Source: Octopus bimaculoides (lineage: Eukaryota). Taken from it: a stretch of 40,063 nucleotides of DNA. Position 1 is the first letter of the stretch, and each line of letters opens with the position of its first letter. The notes under the pieces were generated by a model. The model ran no database searches and had not been told where the DNA came from. It was given only the letters and a program-made list of their open reading frames with translations. The position numbers and the translations under genes were made by a program. The stretch is taken from the NCBI RefSeq assembly GCF_001194135.2, contig NC_068984.1, positions 22,930,902 through 22,970,964 on the forward strand, in the 5' to 3' direction. Below, one piece after another: positions 1 through 12,426 of the stretch.

Positions 1-48
<48 letters not shown>

Positions 49-60
49 TGTGTGTGTGTG
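1..60. repeat. (TG)n microsatellite
   Basis: Nearly pure TG dinucleotide run seen directly. Confidence 0.98.
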
Positions 61-164
61 TTCTTGGCGCTATTCGTTCGTTCATTGTTGCTGAAATTGT
101 TCTTGTTGCTGTGCTTGTTTATAGCAGTTATTGCTGTTTAAATTGTTCAACATGATGGTGGTTT

Positions 165-340
165 CAACGACGATGATGATGATGATCATGACGATGATGC
201 TGATGATGATGATGATGATGATGAGGGGGAGGAGAGGAGGAGGAGGAGGAGGAGGAGGGTCATCATCATCATGATCGAGACGATGATGACTACAAAAGTG
301 ACGACAACACCACCACCACCATCACGATGATGATGATAAC
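165..340. repeat. Compound trinucleotide repeats (GAT)n/(GAG)n/(CAT)n/(CAC)n
   Basis: Seen directly; explains the poly-L/poly-S ORF at 186-476. Confidence 0.9.
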
Positions 341-805
341 AGAGAGAAGGTGGAGGATCAACATTATTATTATCATTAACCGCCCTACCATCCACTGAAT
401 CATCATCAATACTTCCCCTACTCCGATTATGCTCAATGCCATCTGCGAGCCAACGAAGAAAACTCAATGTACTCAATCGTCTCTTTTAGAAATAACAGCC
501 AAATCTTTAAACCACATTCTATTTTTCCAAAAAAAAACACAAAAACCACGTTGGAAAAGAGCGGCATGATTATGGCTGGAATACATTTGACCATAGGTCT
601 TACTTGAAGAGGACTGATTTGGGTTCGAACAGCCACAACATTTTTGTTGTTATCGCCATCGTCAGTGCTATTACAGTCAGCATTATTATTACCGGTATCG
701 TCGGCGTAGTTTGGTTGATCGCTGATTCTAGAGTTGCTGTTGTTGTTTGTCAGTTTCGGAATTTAAACTGATATAACGTAGATGTGCTAGACGACCGTGC
801 GGAAT

Positions 806-1253
806 TAGAAAATTACTATTTTTAAATCTCACAGATCGTATCGTATAGCCAGCTGGAGACGATGTCTCTTGGGGCTAAATTACAGCAACATTCGTCCTAG
901 ACCGGGACTGCCATGTTATGTTGGCAAACAATCTTTACTCCAAAGTACTGTTGCTGAATATCTCACGTTGTGAGATTTAAAAATCGTAATTTTTTAATTT
1001 ATAAAACTATAAACTATATAAAACTATAAGACTATAATTTGAAAACTATATATTTCGAACGGGAATTTGGCAGCGCCACCTCTAGCCGAACAATTATTCT
1101 GTGCTGATGAAGGGAAATAACCCGGAAATCGCGATACACAGCTATTGTTTTGAGCTGAGTGGGGGTGCTAGATTCCCTTGTTCGAAAATGTAAGGACACA
1201 GATCGTGTCGTATAGCCATCTGGAGACGATGTTGACAAACAATCTTTATTACA
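806..1253 (+). mobile_element. Hammerhead-containing non-autonomous retroelement (retrozyme-like), about 1.1 units, with 12-bp target site duplication
   Basis: ACCGTGCGGAAT flanks both sides (794-805, 1254-1265). A 36-nt internal direct repeat (830-865 vs 1197-1232, 2 mismatches) gives a 367-nt period. 805-832 is an inverted copy of 970-997 (26/28). Homologous to 17982-18330 and 32123-32492. Confidence 0.75.
1099..1141 (+). ncRNA. Type I hammerhead ribozyme motif (copy 1)
   Basis: CTGTG-CTGATGA-AGGG-AAATAA-CCCG-GAA-ATCGCGAT-A-CACAG: stem I CTGTG/CACAG, intact CUGAUGA and GAAA core, palindromic stem III ATCGCGAT, predicted cut after A1136. The stem II closing pair is an A/G mismatch. Confidence 0.8.
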
Positions 1254-1899
1254 ACCGTGCGGAATGACAACCAAATTGCTGGCCTCCAAAGATTTTACAA
1301 TGATTTCTGATTTAGGCACAAGGCCAACAATTTTGAAGGGAAAAGTTTAGTCGATACGACTAACCGCAATGCTTTACCGTTACGCGCGCGCGCGTGCGTT
1401 CACACACGCGCACACACACGCACACACAAGGAAACAGACTAGCTAACCTGTATTAGAATATATTTTGTGGTGAAATGTTTATTTTCCATATAGATGACAC
1501 TAAGGTGCAAAGAGCTAAAGAACGAAGAGTGGTACCATCTGATTAAGTAGGCCCCTGGTGTATAGAAGGAAGAGGGCAGTGGATAGGACCGAACTCCGGG
1601 ATATAGAAGTTTTGACAGAATGTGGGTCGAGGAGGGCATCAGCAGCACTTGCCGTGAGGGAGCGATCTGATGGGAACCCGTCAGTTAAAGAGACGAGAGA
1701 GGGATACAACCCACAGGCGGTTATTTTTAATAAGAGATTAGGATTAGGGTTATCCCCGTCACCATCATCATCATCATCATCATCATCATCGTGTATCCGA
1801 CACGGTCGAAAGCTTTGCTGATCTTGAACGCAATGACATAACTTTCACCAAATTTCTCTAAGGTGTAGCTCAGTGGTAAGTGACATAAGAGATTCGATC

Positions 1900-2560
1900 T
1901 TCAACAGATCGTTACGTAAGTCATGCTAGTTGTCTTTATGGATGAAGAGAAAGTGATGTTGCTTTTAATATCTGTTGTCTTTACTTCTGTGATATTGGAA
2001 ATGAGTACGAAAGGGAGATAGTTGTAAGAGTCAAAGAGGCTTACATTTCTTGGTGATAACACACACTGTAGAGTATTTTCTAATACTGGTAAATATCTTT
2101 GTAAAGAAAGAAAGAATTGAAGAGTGTAACGAGTATAAGGTCGAACTCTGCGGTGCATGGGTTGAGGGAGACGATAAGGACATCATCAGAGACTATGGTC
2201 TTGTTTGTTTGAAACGAGTATTCTGATTTGGGTGATAATCTTGTAGGAGTTGTGGTACTAGGTAAGAGCCATACAGTTATTAGGGGTAAATAGTTTTCAT
2301 TGTTGGTTCTTTTTGATTTTGCTTTTGTTTTTTAGTTTGTTTGGTATTGCTTGAATAACTGTAATGCAGTTATGTGTAGGTAACATGGGGGTTTGGGACA
2401 ACGAGTTTGTGTTATGCGCTAAATATGGAAGGATGTACTCACCCACATAGCTGTTTTTGAGGGAATGAAGCACATGTGCTGCAAGCGGTAGTTAGCATAG
2501 AATCGATGGAACTGCAATCAGTCAGTTGGATTACGGTAGGAGGGAGCAGGTAGCAGAAGA
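1900..2560 (-). mobile_element. Degenerate Penelope-like element ORF remnant (RT thumb to start of GIY-YIG region)
   Basis: Frameshifted minus-strand pieces YRNPTD*LQF (cf. YRKPTD), NYLPLIT, PQPMHRRVR (cf. PPxxAYRRxxNL) and PFVLISNITEVKTTDIKSNITFSSS...YVTIC resemble the PLE consensus; many stops. Confidence 0.5.
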
Positions 2561-3142
2561 GTATTGTGAATGCATACATTCTTAACGCCGTAGGTGGCTC
2601 GTTTTTCAACATTTTTGTAACAATGAGAAGATTGGATCAAACATTTCAGGCTCTTATTGCAATTGTCGTCTTTTCGGTTACTTTTTATGGCGATGATACC
2701 AGAATTTTTCAAACATAGACTAAAAAATAAACAATTGATTTAGAAGATGAAATATTAGTTGATTACATCAACCACAGTATTTTACTATTATTATTTTATG
2801 GAGACCCAAGTATTTAAATTCAGAACGGTAAGTTTCTGCTACTGATTGTCCTAAAAGCAGAAATTAGTATGGCCATAACTATTGTTTATAATTTGTGATT
2901 AACTGAGGTGTCACAAATAAAATTACGAAGGGGTGCTTGTCAATTAAATGATTTGATCTGAGCTCGGGTATTGAAACTAAAATGATTGCAGCGTAAAAGA
3001 CATATTAACCATTCAGAAACCCACAAAGACTGTTAACCTCCTTTAATCATTCATTTGTTATATGGTGTCGAAATTTTCATCACTCGAACTTTGACCTGGT
3101 CAGTGACAACGTTACAATGTAAATTAAGTTAATATGTTATGT

Positions 3143-3372
3143 GTGAGTCAGGACAGCGAACTGACAGAATCGTTGCCAAGGCCAAGCAAAGTGCTTAGCG
3201 ACATTTCGTCCGTCTTTACGTTCTGGGTTCAAATTCCGCCGAGTTTGTCTTTGCTTTTATTCCTTTCGAAGTCGATAAAATAAGTACCACTTGAGCATTA
3301 GGGTTGATGGAAGGGACTTATCCACTCTACCCATTCCATATTACAGGCCTTGTGCAAAAATTTGAAACCAAT
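3143..3372 (+). mobile_element. tRNA-headed SINE (family with ...GGCCTTGTGC...TTTGAAACCAAT tail)
   Basis: Box A-like CTGACAGAATCGTTG and box B-like GGGTTCAAATTCC. Related copies at about 29505-29740 (+), 30195-30390 (+), 32950-33168 (-) and a partial at 1266-1385 (-). Confidence 0.75.
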
Positions 3373-3918
3373 ATGTTGTTGTACTTTTCGTTGCTCAAAA
3401 CTGTGACCTGGTTAACAGTGAAGTTAACAGTCTTAATGTTCAAGTGAAATTAACTGTCTTTCTGTGTCTTTGAATGGCTAACATGTCTTCCACAAGTAAT
3501 TTTATTCTGTTGAAGTTATCTGTTTTCACACATGTCAAACTGGTTATGACATAATTTCAGTTTTGTGATTATGAAGGAAGTTTCTGTTTGCTTTCTCATT
3601 ATATATTAGATTATGGCACACTTCTGATTCCTGAAGATTGCTTTACCATTTTCCCATTTCAAAATCGGGAAAATGGTAAACTGATTGTATGTTTTGTTCG
3701 TTTGCATTCAACAAAATAAGATAAATTGTAAAGACTACACGTAACAGAAGAGACAAATTATTCCATCACTAACATTAAGTTACATCCTTGATAAAGACTT
3801 ATATAATTCCACAAACTATGCATAAAAAAAAATAAGATACGCGAAACTTCACAACCATGTATACGCGTCCAAAATATATACAGATGTGCATTTTGATATA
3901 TATATATATATATATATA

Positions 3919-4556
3919 NNNNNNNNNNNNNNNNNNNNNNNNNNNNNNNNNNNNNNNNNNNNNNNNNNNNNNNNNNNNNNNNNNNNNNNNNNNNNNNNNN
4001 NNNNNNNNNNNNNNNNNNNNNNNNNNNNNNNNNNNNNNNNNNNNNNNNNNNNNNNNNNNNNNNNNNNNNNNNNNNNNNNNNNNNNNNNNNNNNNNNNNNN
4101 NNNNNNNNNNNNNNNNNNNNNNNNNNNNNNNNNNNNNNNNNNNNNNNNNNNNNNNNNNNNNNNNNNNNNNNNNNNNNNNNNNNNNNNNNNNNNNNNNNNN
4201 NNNNNNNNNNNNNNNNNNNNNNNNNNNNNNNNNNNNNNNNNNNNNNNNNNNNNNNNNNNNNNNNNNNNNNNNNNNNNNNNNNNNNNNNNNNNNNNNNNNN
4301 NNNNNNNNNNNNNNNNNNNNNNNNNNNNNNNNNNNNNNNNNNNNNNNNNNNNNNNNNNNNNNNNNNNNNNNNNNNNNNNNNNNNNNNNNNNNNNNNNNNN
4401 NNNNNNNNNNNNNNNNNNNNNNNNNNNNNNNNNNNNNNNNNNNNNNNNNNNNNNNNNNNNNNNNNNNNNNNNNNNNNNNNNNNNNNNNNNNNNNNNNNNN
4501 NNNNNNNNNNNNNNNNNNNNNNNNNNNNNNNNNNNNNNNNNNNNNNNNNNNNNNNN
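3919..4556. other. Assembly gap (others: 6735-7233, 7884-7930, 13539-14020, 15457-16367, 17239-17981, 31361-32122)
   Basis: Runs of N, mostly bordered by (TA)n or (CT)n microsatellites. Confidence 0.99.
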
Positions 4557-4806
4557 AATAAACAAAAGATTCAACATACCAAAACGAGCACCCCATGTAT
4601 CCGGCCTAGCATATAGAAGATTGTTTATCTATATATATTTATGTAAAAGGCGGGCTCTTTTTGAATTGCACTTCGGTACACGTGTTTATACCGGAATAAG
4701 TACTAGGCTTACAAAGAATAAGTCCTGGGGTCGATGTGTTCGACTAAACGTGATGCTCCAGCATGGCCGCAGCCAAATAACTGAAACAAGTAAAAGAATA
4801 TACAAA

Positions 4807-5858
4807 TTGAGTTGGCAAGAAAGTCATTTCGGCTTTTTAGTGTAAAATAAAAGTCATTTTATTTTCATACAAAGAATGAACTTTAATCAATTATATATTT
4901 TCCATTTTGTTCCGTGACCTTTTGCCATCTTTCTGGCAAGTGTGATTTCAGATCATTATCATTATTGAAATTTTTTACCATTTAAATTATTTTGCAGACT
5001 TCGAAATAAATGGTAATTTGATGGCGCAAGGTCAGGGTTGACAGTAAACATCTGATTTGATCTAGTTCCTTGGAAGCAGCTCAAAATACATAACACCTTT
5101 GTAATCCTACCAAATTGACAGCATGACCTTTGTTGATGCAACTCAGCTTTCGATGTGGTTTATGCTGGTTCATTACGCTTGGACCATGACCGTTTTCGAT
5201 TGACGTTATTGTAGACAATCCATTTTTCATCACCAGTGATGATTCGTTTGAAAAATAGGTCGATTTCATTGCGTTTGAGATGCTTATCGCAAATATTGAT
5301 TCATTGTATTAAATGAATCTCCTTCAATTTATGTTGAACCCAAATATCGAGCTTCTTAACGAGTCCAAGATATTTTAAGGGATTTTCAATTGTTGTGCGT
5401 GATACATTTTACCTCTCTGCAATCTGTCGCACAGTTATTTGACAATCAGATTCAATTACGGCTTTGATTCGGTCATCATCAGCTTCAATAGGTCGACCAG
5501 AACGTTGGTCATCTTTGAGTGAAAAATCTCTAGAACGAAATTTTTAAAACCATTTCTGACATGTGCGTTCTGTTAAGCAATCAACACCATAAACTTCAGA
5601 TATCTCTTTGTGAGACTCAACTGCTTTCTTGCCTTTACGGAAATAAAAAGACAAAATATGGTGAAAATGTTCATTTTTGCATTCCATGTTAAAATTGACA
5701 CAGCTGTCAACAAAATTACGCGCAATTTGCTTCTAAAGTAAGCTAAAAGTAACGGCTATCAAAAGTCGAAAGGAAAAATATCACAACATTGACAAAAGTC
5801 ATTCAAAAATGTCGTAACACTATTTGCGAAAAACGAAATTACTTTCTTGCCAACCCAA
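4807..5858 (-). mobile_element. Mariner (Tc1/mariner) DNA transposon, internally deleted, both TIRs present
   Basis: TIRs ATTGAGTTGGCAAGAAAGTCATTTCG (4806-4831) and 5834-5859 match 24/26; TA at 5859-5860. Transposase pseudogene 5687-4883 reads MECKNEHFHHILSFYFRKGKKA...RSGRPIEADDDRIKA...IITGDEKWIVYNN, then jumps to PDLAPSNYHLFRSLQNNLNGKNF...EQNGKYIID*. Confidence 0.92.
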
Positions 5859-6683
5859 TATATATGGAGTGTCGGACCCGAAGATATAGTAAAACACACT
5901 TGCCCAAAGTGCTGCACAGTTGGACTGAACCCGAAACCACTTGGTTGCAAAGCGAGTTTATTAACCACACAGCCATGCCTGTGCATGCTAATGAGATGAT
6001 ATAGTTAACAAGTTAATATATAAAATTACCCATTGATGGATACTCTCAATAAACAAATACCAAACTGTTTATTCTATCTATCACGTTTCACTTCTGTTAG
6101 ACAAATGATGTATCGATTGGTTGACACACAAGACTAAATAACAATGTTGTCGCTGAGTGACAGACAGAAAACAATTGGCTTCAGAGATTCAACGATACAA
6201 CACCTCTATAATACCGGTCTTATGCCTACGCAAAAAGAAGTCATTATCTTTTATTTCGTATCATAAAACCGAAAGAAAAAAATATTGACAGCTACATTCA
6301 CACAGAATCTATAATAAATTGAACAGTGAATTTATGAAACAAACTTTGAAAAATAAGCACCAGTTTTATGAGACCCCATAGTTCGAAGAAACAATCGTGA
6401 TTTTTATCATTTCAGGCACACATATGTATACATACATACAGCGAACTTATACACATAAACTTATATGCACACAAACTTACATATACGTATACACATATCT
6501 ATGCATACATATGCACATAATCAAACATATATATTCTTAAACAAATAAAAATGTTATATATATACGCATACATACAATTACATACATACACACACACACA
6601 TACATATGTACATATATATGCACACACACACACAAACATAACATACACATAACATTTATACAAATATATACATACATATATGT

Positions 6684-6734
<51 letters not shown>

Positions 6735-7821
6735 NNNNNNNNNNNNNNNNNNNNNNNNNNNNNNNNNNNNNNNNNNNNNNNNNNNNNNNNNNNNNNNNNN
6801 NNNNNNNNNNNNNNNNNNNNNNNNNNNNNNNNNNNNNNNNNNNNNNNNNNNNNNNNNNNNNNNNNNNNNNNNNNNNNNNNNNNNNNNNNNNNNNNNNNNN
6901 NNNNNNNNNNNNNNNNNNNNNNNNNNNNNNNNNNNNNNNNNNNNNNNNNNNNNNNNNNNNNNNNNNNNNNNNNNNNNNNNNNNNNNNNNNNNNNNNNNNN
7001 NNNNNNNNNNNNNNNNNNNNNNNNNNNNNNNNNNNNNNNNNNNNNNNNNNNNNNNNNNNNNNNNNNNNNNNNNNNNNNNNNNNNNNNNNNNNNNNNNNNN
7101 NNNNNNNNNNNNNNNNNNNNNNNNNNNNNNNNNNNNNNNNNNNNNNNNNNNNNNNNNNNNNNNNNNNNNNNNNNNNNNNNNNNNNNNNNNNNNNNNNNNN
7201 NNNNNNNNNNNNNNNNNNNNNNNNNNNNNNNNNTATATATTAAAGTTGCTATAGAAAAATTATGAGATAGAGGTTATGCAACCGTCTAAGGGATAAATGT
7301 ATCCGTGAGCAATACTGGTGTATTACCTCACTATGTATAGGCCTTGCTATAAGGTTAACAGTAGTTGGTAATTTAAATAGTAAAACCGTGGTTTGATATA
7401 TTGAGATAAGAAGAGAAATTGAGCAACAATTAAGAATTAGAAGTTGATCATTGGTATTAAAAGGTCATAGCTTAATTGTAGTTCAAGAACATTTACAGCT
7501 GTTTCAGTTTGTTATTTCGAAGGAAATTTACATTTAACTCGTTCCATTTAACAAATATCGTCAGAATGATTTAGAGTTTATCGTAGGAATATAGATAGGA
7601 GGAAAAAGGAAATGAAAAGAAAAAGGAAAAAAAGAAAATGTTGCAATAAGTGGGGAAAATGACTAGTTGACCGGCGGTGTTAGTCGAAGGAGTTACACTT
7701 GGTAGTAATATCCGGTGTTGTCAATTGTAATATTAACGCTGTTTGTGACCGCTAGATAATTCCACATGCTTATGTATATATGTAAACATACATATATATG
7801 CATATGCATGTGTGTATGCGT

Positions 7822-7883
<62 letters not shown>

Positions 7884-7930
7884 NNNNNNNNNNNNNNNNN
7901 NNNNNNNNNNNNNNNNNNNNNNNNNNNNNN

Positions 7931-7982
<52 letters not shown>

Positions 7983-8239
7983 GGGTTTTTTTTGCCAAAT
8001 AAGCACATCGCACAAATATTTGTTCTTCCCTTCTTCTTTATTGTTGTGTTTATTTGAGTTTGCTTTTTCTGAAATCTTTTCTCACACATCCTGTGGCCTC
8101 TTCAGTAAAAGATTTCAGACAAAAGACACTAAAATAAGAACAATAATAAAGCGGAAGTGAAGAACGACTATATAATGCGTGTGTTTATTTGGTAAAAAAA
8201 AATGACCATCCCGAAATATAACTATATATATATATATAT

Positions 8240-8530
8240 GGTGGTTGTCTACTCCTAAAACAGAGTTTGACCACCTCCTGCACCTACACCTTAGCCCTTT
8301 CATGGCGTCTGATGTGGCTTTTTAAACCAGACAGTGTTTTGAAAAAACACCCACACAGATTGCACCTCTGATTTGCACTACCAATACCTGCAAGTAAGTT
8401 CTGCTCATTGTGGATCCTAACATGTCTTTTAAGACCCCCATTGGATTTGCAAACCCTCTGGCACACACCACATTCAAACGTGTGCACAGACATATAATCA
8501 GAATAGCTGGATGAGGTTTGTTTTCCATAT
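8240..8530 (-). mobile_element. LINE (RTE-like) 3' end encoding two C2H2 zinc fingers, embedded in (TA)n
   Basis: ORF 8284-8493: FECGVCQRVCKSNGGLKRHVRIH and RCNLCGCFFKTLSGLKSHIRRH (C-x2-C-x12-H-x3-H) with no TGEKP linker, (TA)n on both sides. The LINE assignment is inferred from the similar terminal fingers of RTE elements. Confidence 0.6.
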
Positions 8531-9062
8531 CTATATATATATATATATATGCGCGCATACTTTTCACATATCCATATTTAGTTTAATATTATCTGAGCAA
8601 TAGCATTATAGCATGCTTTACAAAGCTCCTCCACCAGTATCGACTACCATATGTTATCATACAGTAAGAATTCTCCTTTCACTGGATATACATGTATCCG
8701 CATGATTCATACGAAAAACTAATAATGCAATAAGATGGAATGAAGGGGCAATAATCCTGATCACTACAATAGTTTTGTGCATTAGTATCGGCTGGTAATT
8801 GCTGAGTGTTTCACATATTTTACACGTTATTGCATTAACATGATCCAGCAATAACTGTGTACCAGCACGTCTTCGAGGGGGCTGGTTGAGAGGTGTGTGT
8901 GTGCACTGCACACACACACACACACACACACCCCCCTATATATAATTGCACTTCATATATATATAAAAGATACGAAATAATTTTATTCTCAAACGAAGGA
9001 TAATGCTAATGATATAGCAAGAACAGGATAAACTATCCGTATTTTGGAGAAAAATCTGTCGG

Positions 9063-9135
9063 TGGCCAGCCATGAGACTCGAACTCACATCCCTGTGATT
9101 ACGCGTCAAATACTTTGCCATTAAGCTAAACTATC
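9063..9135 (-). pseudogene. Degenerate tRNA-like sequence (Thr-CGT-like) or SINE head
   Basis: TAGCTTAATGGCAAAG D-arm, CGCGTAA anticodon loop, GTGAG-TTCGAGT-CTCAT T-arm. The acceptor stem is broken and U33 is absent. Confidence 0.45.
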
Positions 9136-10498
9136 CTAACGAGACAAATACTTCTACAAATTTAGGATATATGAATCTAGCTTTATTTATTGACTTTTAA
9201 TATATTTCTCTTATAGCGTCTTATAAGGCTAGATTACAGTCTATTACAGTTTATCTCTGACACTAGGCAGGGTCAATGTGAATGGGACACAGTTTACATC
9301 CGGCATCTCAATCTGACCCTCTCTTAATCCACTCCTGTCTTTTTCTGTTGCTGAGAAATTCTAAAAAAAAATCCTGAAAATCCATATATATTCATGAATA
9401 CAAACGCGCATGCATATACATATACATACATATACATACATATACATACATATACATACATATACATGCCTGCGGACATAAATAAATATAGATATAAGTA
9501 CATACTTAACTGTATAGATGAGCGGCAGGATATGTACAAATATACGTGGGTCAAATTAATGGCTAATTGAACTTAGTTCATAGTAAAAGATTGCAATTGT
9601 ATAATTCATTACTCTACAAATGATCGTGATTAATTATTCATGCAGTTTGGGTACAAGTATCATCAAAAACACTTGCTCAATGTACCACAGTAGAACTACG
9701 TGACTGTGAATCAAATTTCCGAACAACCTAATCGTGCCTTCGTCCATATGCAGACGTCCATACATCACCGATATACACGCAGAAGATAGAATTACAGAGT
9801 AAAATACATAAACAGGAAAATCCCATAGTTTTATCGGTATAAATATTTATGCTACTGTCAATGAATTTTTGTGATGCTCTGTAGAGCCTGGATTCTTCAA
9901 TAAATCTTACAGAAATAATTTGCTTTGTTGAAATTGAAAAGAGAATCCGCAAATAAAATGAAAAGCAAGCAAAAGAAGCATACAAAGAGGAAGTAAAAAG
10001 TTCGAAATGATGCATTATTCAAGAAAATTGATGTAAATTTAATTAAACTTCTAAATTATTTATGATATTTGCTATACAGACTACTTTGTTGTTGCTTATT
10101 CTCGTATTTGTTCTTTGTTTTGTTTTGTTTTGTTTTCTTTCTTTTTCTTTCCGTTCAGAAATTTTGAATGGTAAAGAAAATCAAAGACTATCACTCGATA
10201 CATTATATAATGTACATCGCTTGTCTTTGTATTTTATAGTTATCTGTTTATTTATTTTATTAATTCATTTGTTCCAATATTTATTTATTTATTTATTCTT
10301 GATTTGACTTTGCTCTGTTGGAAGACATTTTGATATTTCCTTCCTTTGTCCTCTGTAGATAGACATTCTGATATTTGTTTGCCTTCTTGGTAAATTATCT
10401 CATCGGCAACTTCATTTGAAGATACTATTGGAGACAACTGGCATTTTAGTTCGCTAGAAAGTGTCTGCTTAAAAAAACAAATTGGTAAACAAATATAC

Positions 10499-10539
<41 letters not shown>

Positions 10540-10686
10540 GGCGCATGGCCTAGAGATTAGAGTGTTTGCTTGCCCACCTAGCCAGCTGGGTTGCAACATT
10601 CAAAAACTACAATAATGCGAAGAAGCGCATTGTGTACCGCGATGTATAACAACAGCCGATAGTCTGGTCGATAGAATTATACAATG

Positions 10687-10721
<35 letters not shown>

Positions 10722-10728
10722 TATATGC

Positions 10729-11066
10729 TGAGACCCCCTTCGGTCATGACTGACCATGAGATTGCACCTAGAAAGTTATCCTCTCAGGCACAAGTCCGGG
10801 CAAGGTTGTTTATGGAAAACCAGCAGTCGCCCATGCATACCAGCCCCACTCTCTCCAAGCCACTGATGTTATCCAAGGGAAAGGCGAAGGCCGATACAGC
10901 TTGGCACCAGTGACGTAGCAACTCATTTCTACAGCTGAGTGGACTGGAGCAACGTGAAATAAAGTGTCTTGCTCAAGAACACAATACGAAGCCCGGTCCA
11001 CATTTCGAACTCACAACCTCACGATCGTAAGCTCGACGCTCTTACCACTGAGCCATGCGCCTTCAC
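10729..11066 (-). mobile_element. tRNA-headed SINE with central TTGAGCAAGACAC core
   Basis: Minus strand begins GTGAAGGCGCATGGCTCAGTGGTAAGAGCGTCGAGC...GAGTTCGAA. Similar head at 10535-10560; similar core at 26060-26320 (-). Confidence 0.8.
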
Positions 11067-11379
11067 TCATACATATATATATATCTATATATATATACAC
11101 ATACATATATATAAATATACATACATACATATATGTATATATATTTATACACATACATACATACATACATACATACATGCATACATACACACATATACAC
11201 ACACACACACATAGATTCTTATAGTCTGTTAGATGTATACTGCCAATAAAATCACGCGCACTGGTTGTTTTTCACTTCAGTTTTATTAACAATCAATTAT
11301 ATGATCAACTGACCAATTGTTTTATCGATTAGTCTGACAAAATTTTTCGCCACGGGTTTTATTAGCAGTATAACCCTTC

Positions 11380-11690
11380 CAAAGTACATCAGTTCTGATA
11401 TTGATGCCGTTTTTCTGCTTAAACTGTTACATCTTGCAGGAAAGATGTAGTCAGGAATATTCCAGGAGGTTGATGTTCTAAGGAGAAAGAACTGCATGTA
11501 ATGGCTAGTGAGGAGACATAGGAGAGATGAATGCAACAGTGATGACAGTACTGGAGATAGGCGAATGGTTCGGGAGTGTATGAGTGCAAAAAGTCCATAA
11601 CTATTCCTCCGAAGAATAGACAGGCTCCGTAGTGTTTTTGTATGTCAAATTCATTCACAAAGCATTGTCCACTTGGGGTTGATACAGAAA
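11380..11690 (-). mobile_element. Jockey/L2/CR1-like LINE 3' ORF remnant
   Basis: HYMQFFLLRTSTSWNIPDYIFPARCN resembles the terminal SFxxRTxxLWNxLPxxxFP motif of these LINEs. Confidence 0.5.
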
Positions 11691-11829
11691 AGGCTTGTCT
11701 AAGGTGAGGCGCAGTGGAAATGAACCTGAAACCACGTGGTTGCACATACAGCCATGGTTAGCTTGTGTGTATATGTGTGTGTATGTTTGTGTGAGTGTGC
11801 GTGTACGTGTGTGCATGTATGTATGTATG

Positions 11830-11882
11830 TAGGTAGGTTGGTAGGTAGGTAGGTAGGTAGGTAGGTAGGTAGGTAGGTAGGT
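11830..11882. repeat. (GTAG)n tetranucleotide repeat
   Basis: Seen directly. Confidence 0.95.
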
Positions 11883-11885
11883 ATA

Positions 11886-12306
11886 CAGGGTGCGAGGTAT
11901 ATTAGAGGACGCTTAATTATCAGTATATTACTTTCTTCAAACCATTTAAAAGATTTTATTGATTTTTTTTTTTCAAATCGCTCATGACAGATAAAATGCT
12001 AACACAAGAAATGAAAGGATATACGGTCACTGTTGTCATATGTGCGGAACACAGCAATGTAGAAATTGCCAACTTTATAATTGCCGCAAGATCATTTGTA
12101 CACAAAGTCTGAATGAGAATGTCTCAATTCTATCCAAGAGAAAAATAATATCTAATTGTTTATGTCCAGCAATTAGCCCAACGGGTTCAAAACACTAACG
12201 ATGATGATCCTGGAAAAATCAATGAAGATCATCGCCAAAGAACTTCAGATGTCGAAGTGGACAATCAGAACTGTGGTGCACAAGGACATTCGATAGAAGT
12301 CGTATG
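11886..12306 (+). mobile_element. maT/Tc1-like transposon 5' end with N-terminal transposase remnant
   Basis: Starts TA|CAGGGTGCG. Frameshifted translation MTDKMLTQEMKGYTVTVVICAEHSNVEIANFIIAARSFVHKV...DDDPGKSMKIIAKELQMSKWTIRTVVHKDIR*KSY is typical of the maT helix-turn-helix region. Confidence 0.65.
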
Positions 12307-12329
12307 TACAGAACAGAGCCCGATTCATG

Positions 12330-12333
<4 letters not shown>

Positions 12334-12422
<89 letters not shown>
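12334..12422. repeat. (CT)n microsatellite
   Basis: Seen directly. Confidence 0.98.

Positions 12423-12426
<4 letters not shown>

Noticed and set aside
2180-5485. Other CTGATGA matches on the minus strand (near 2184-2190 and 5476-5482)
   Set aside because: There is no downstream stem II or GAAA; they are Asp-Asp codons within PLE and mariner ORF remnants.
8284-8493. A host C2H2 zinc-finger transcription factor gene
   Set aside because: No TGEKP-type linker, only two fingers, no splice context, and flanked by microsatellite like a truncated LINE tail.
9063-9135. Functional tRNA-Thr(CGT) gene
   Set aside because: The acceptor stem does not pair, U33 is missing and the anticodon stem has a mismatch; kept only as a pseudo-tRNA or SINE head.
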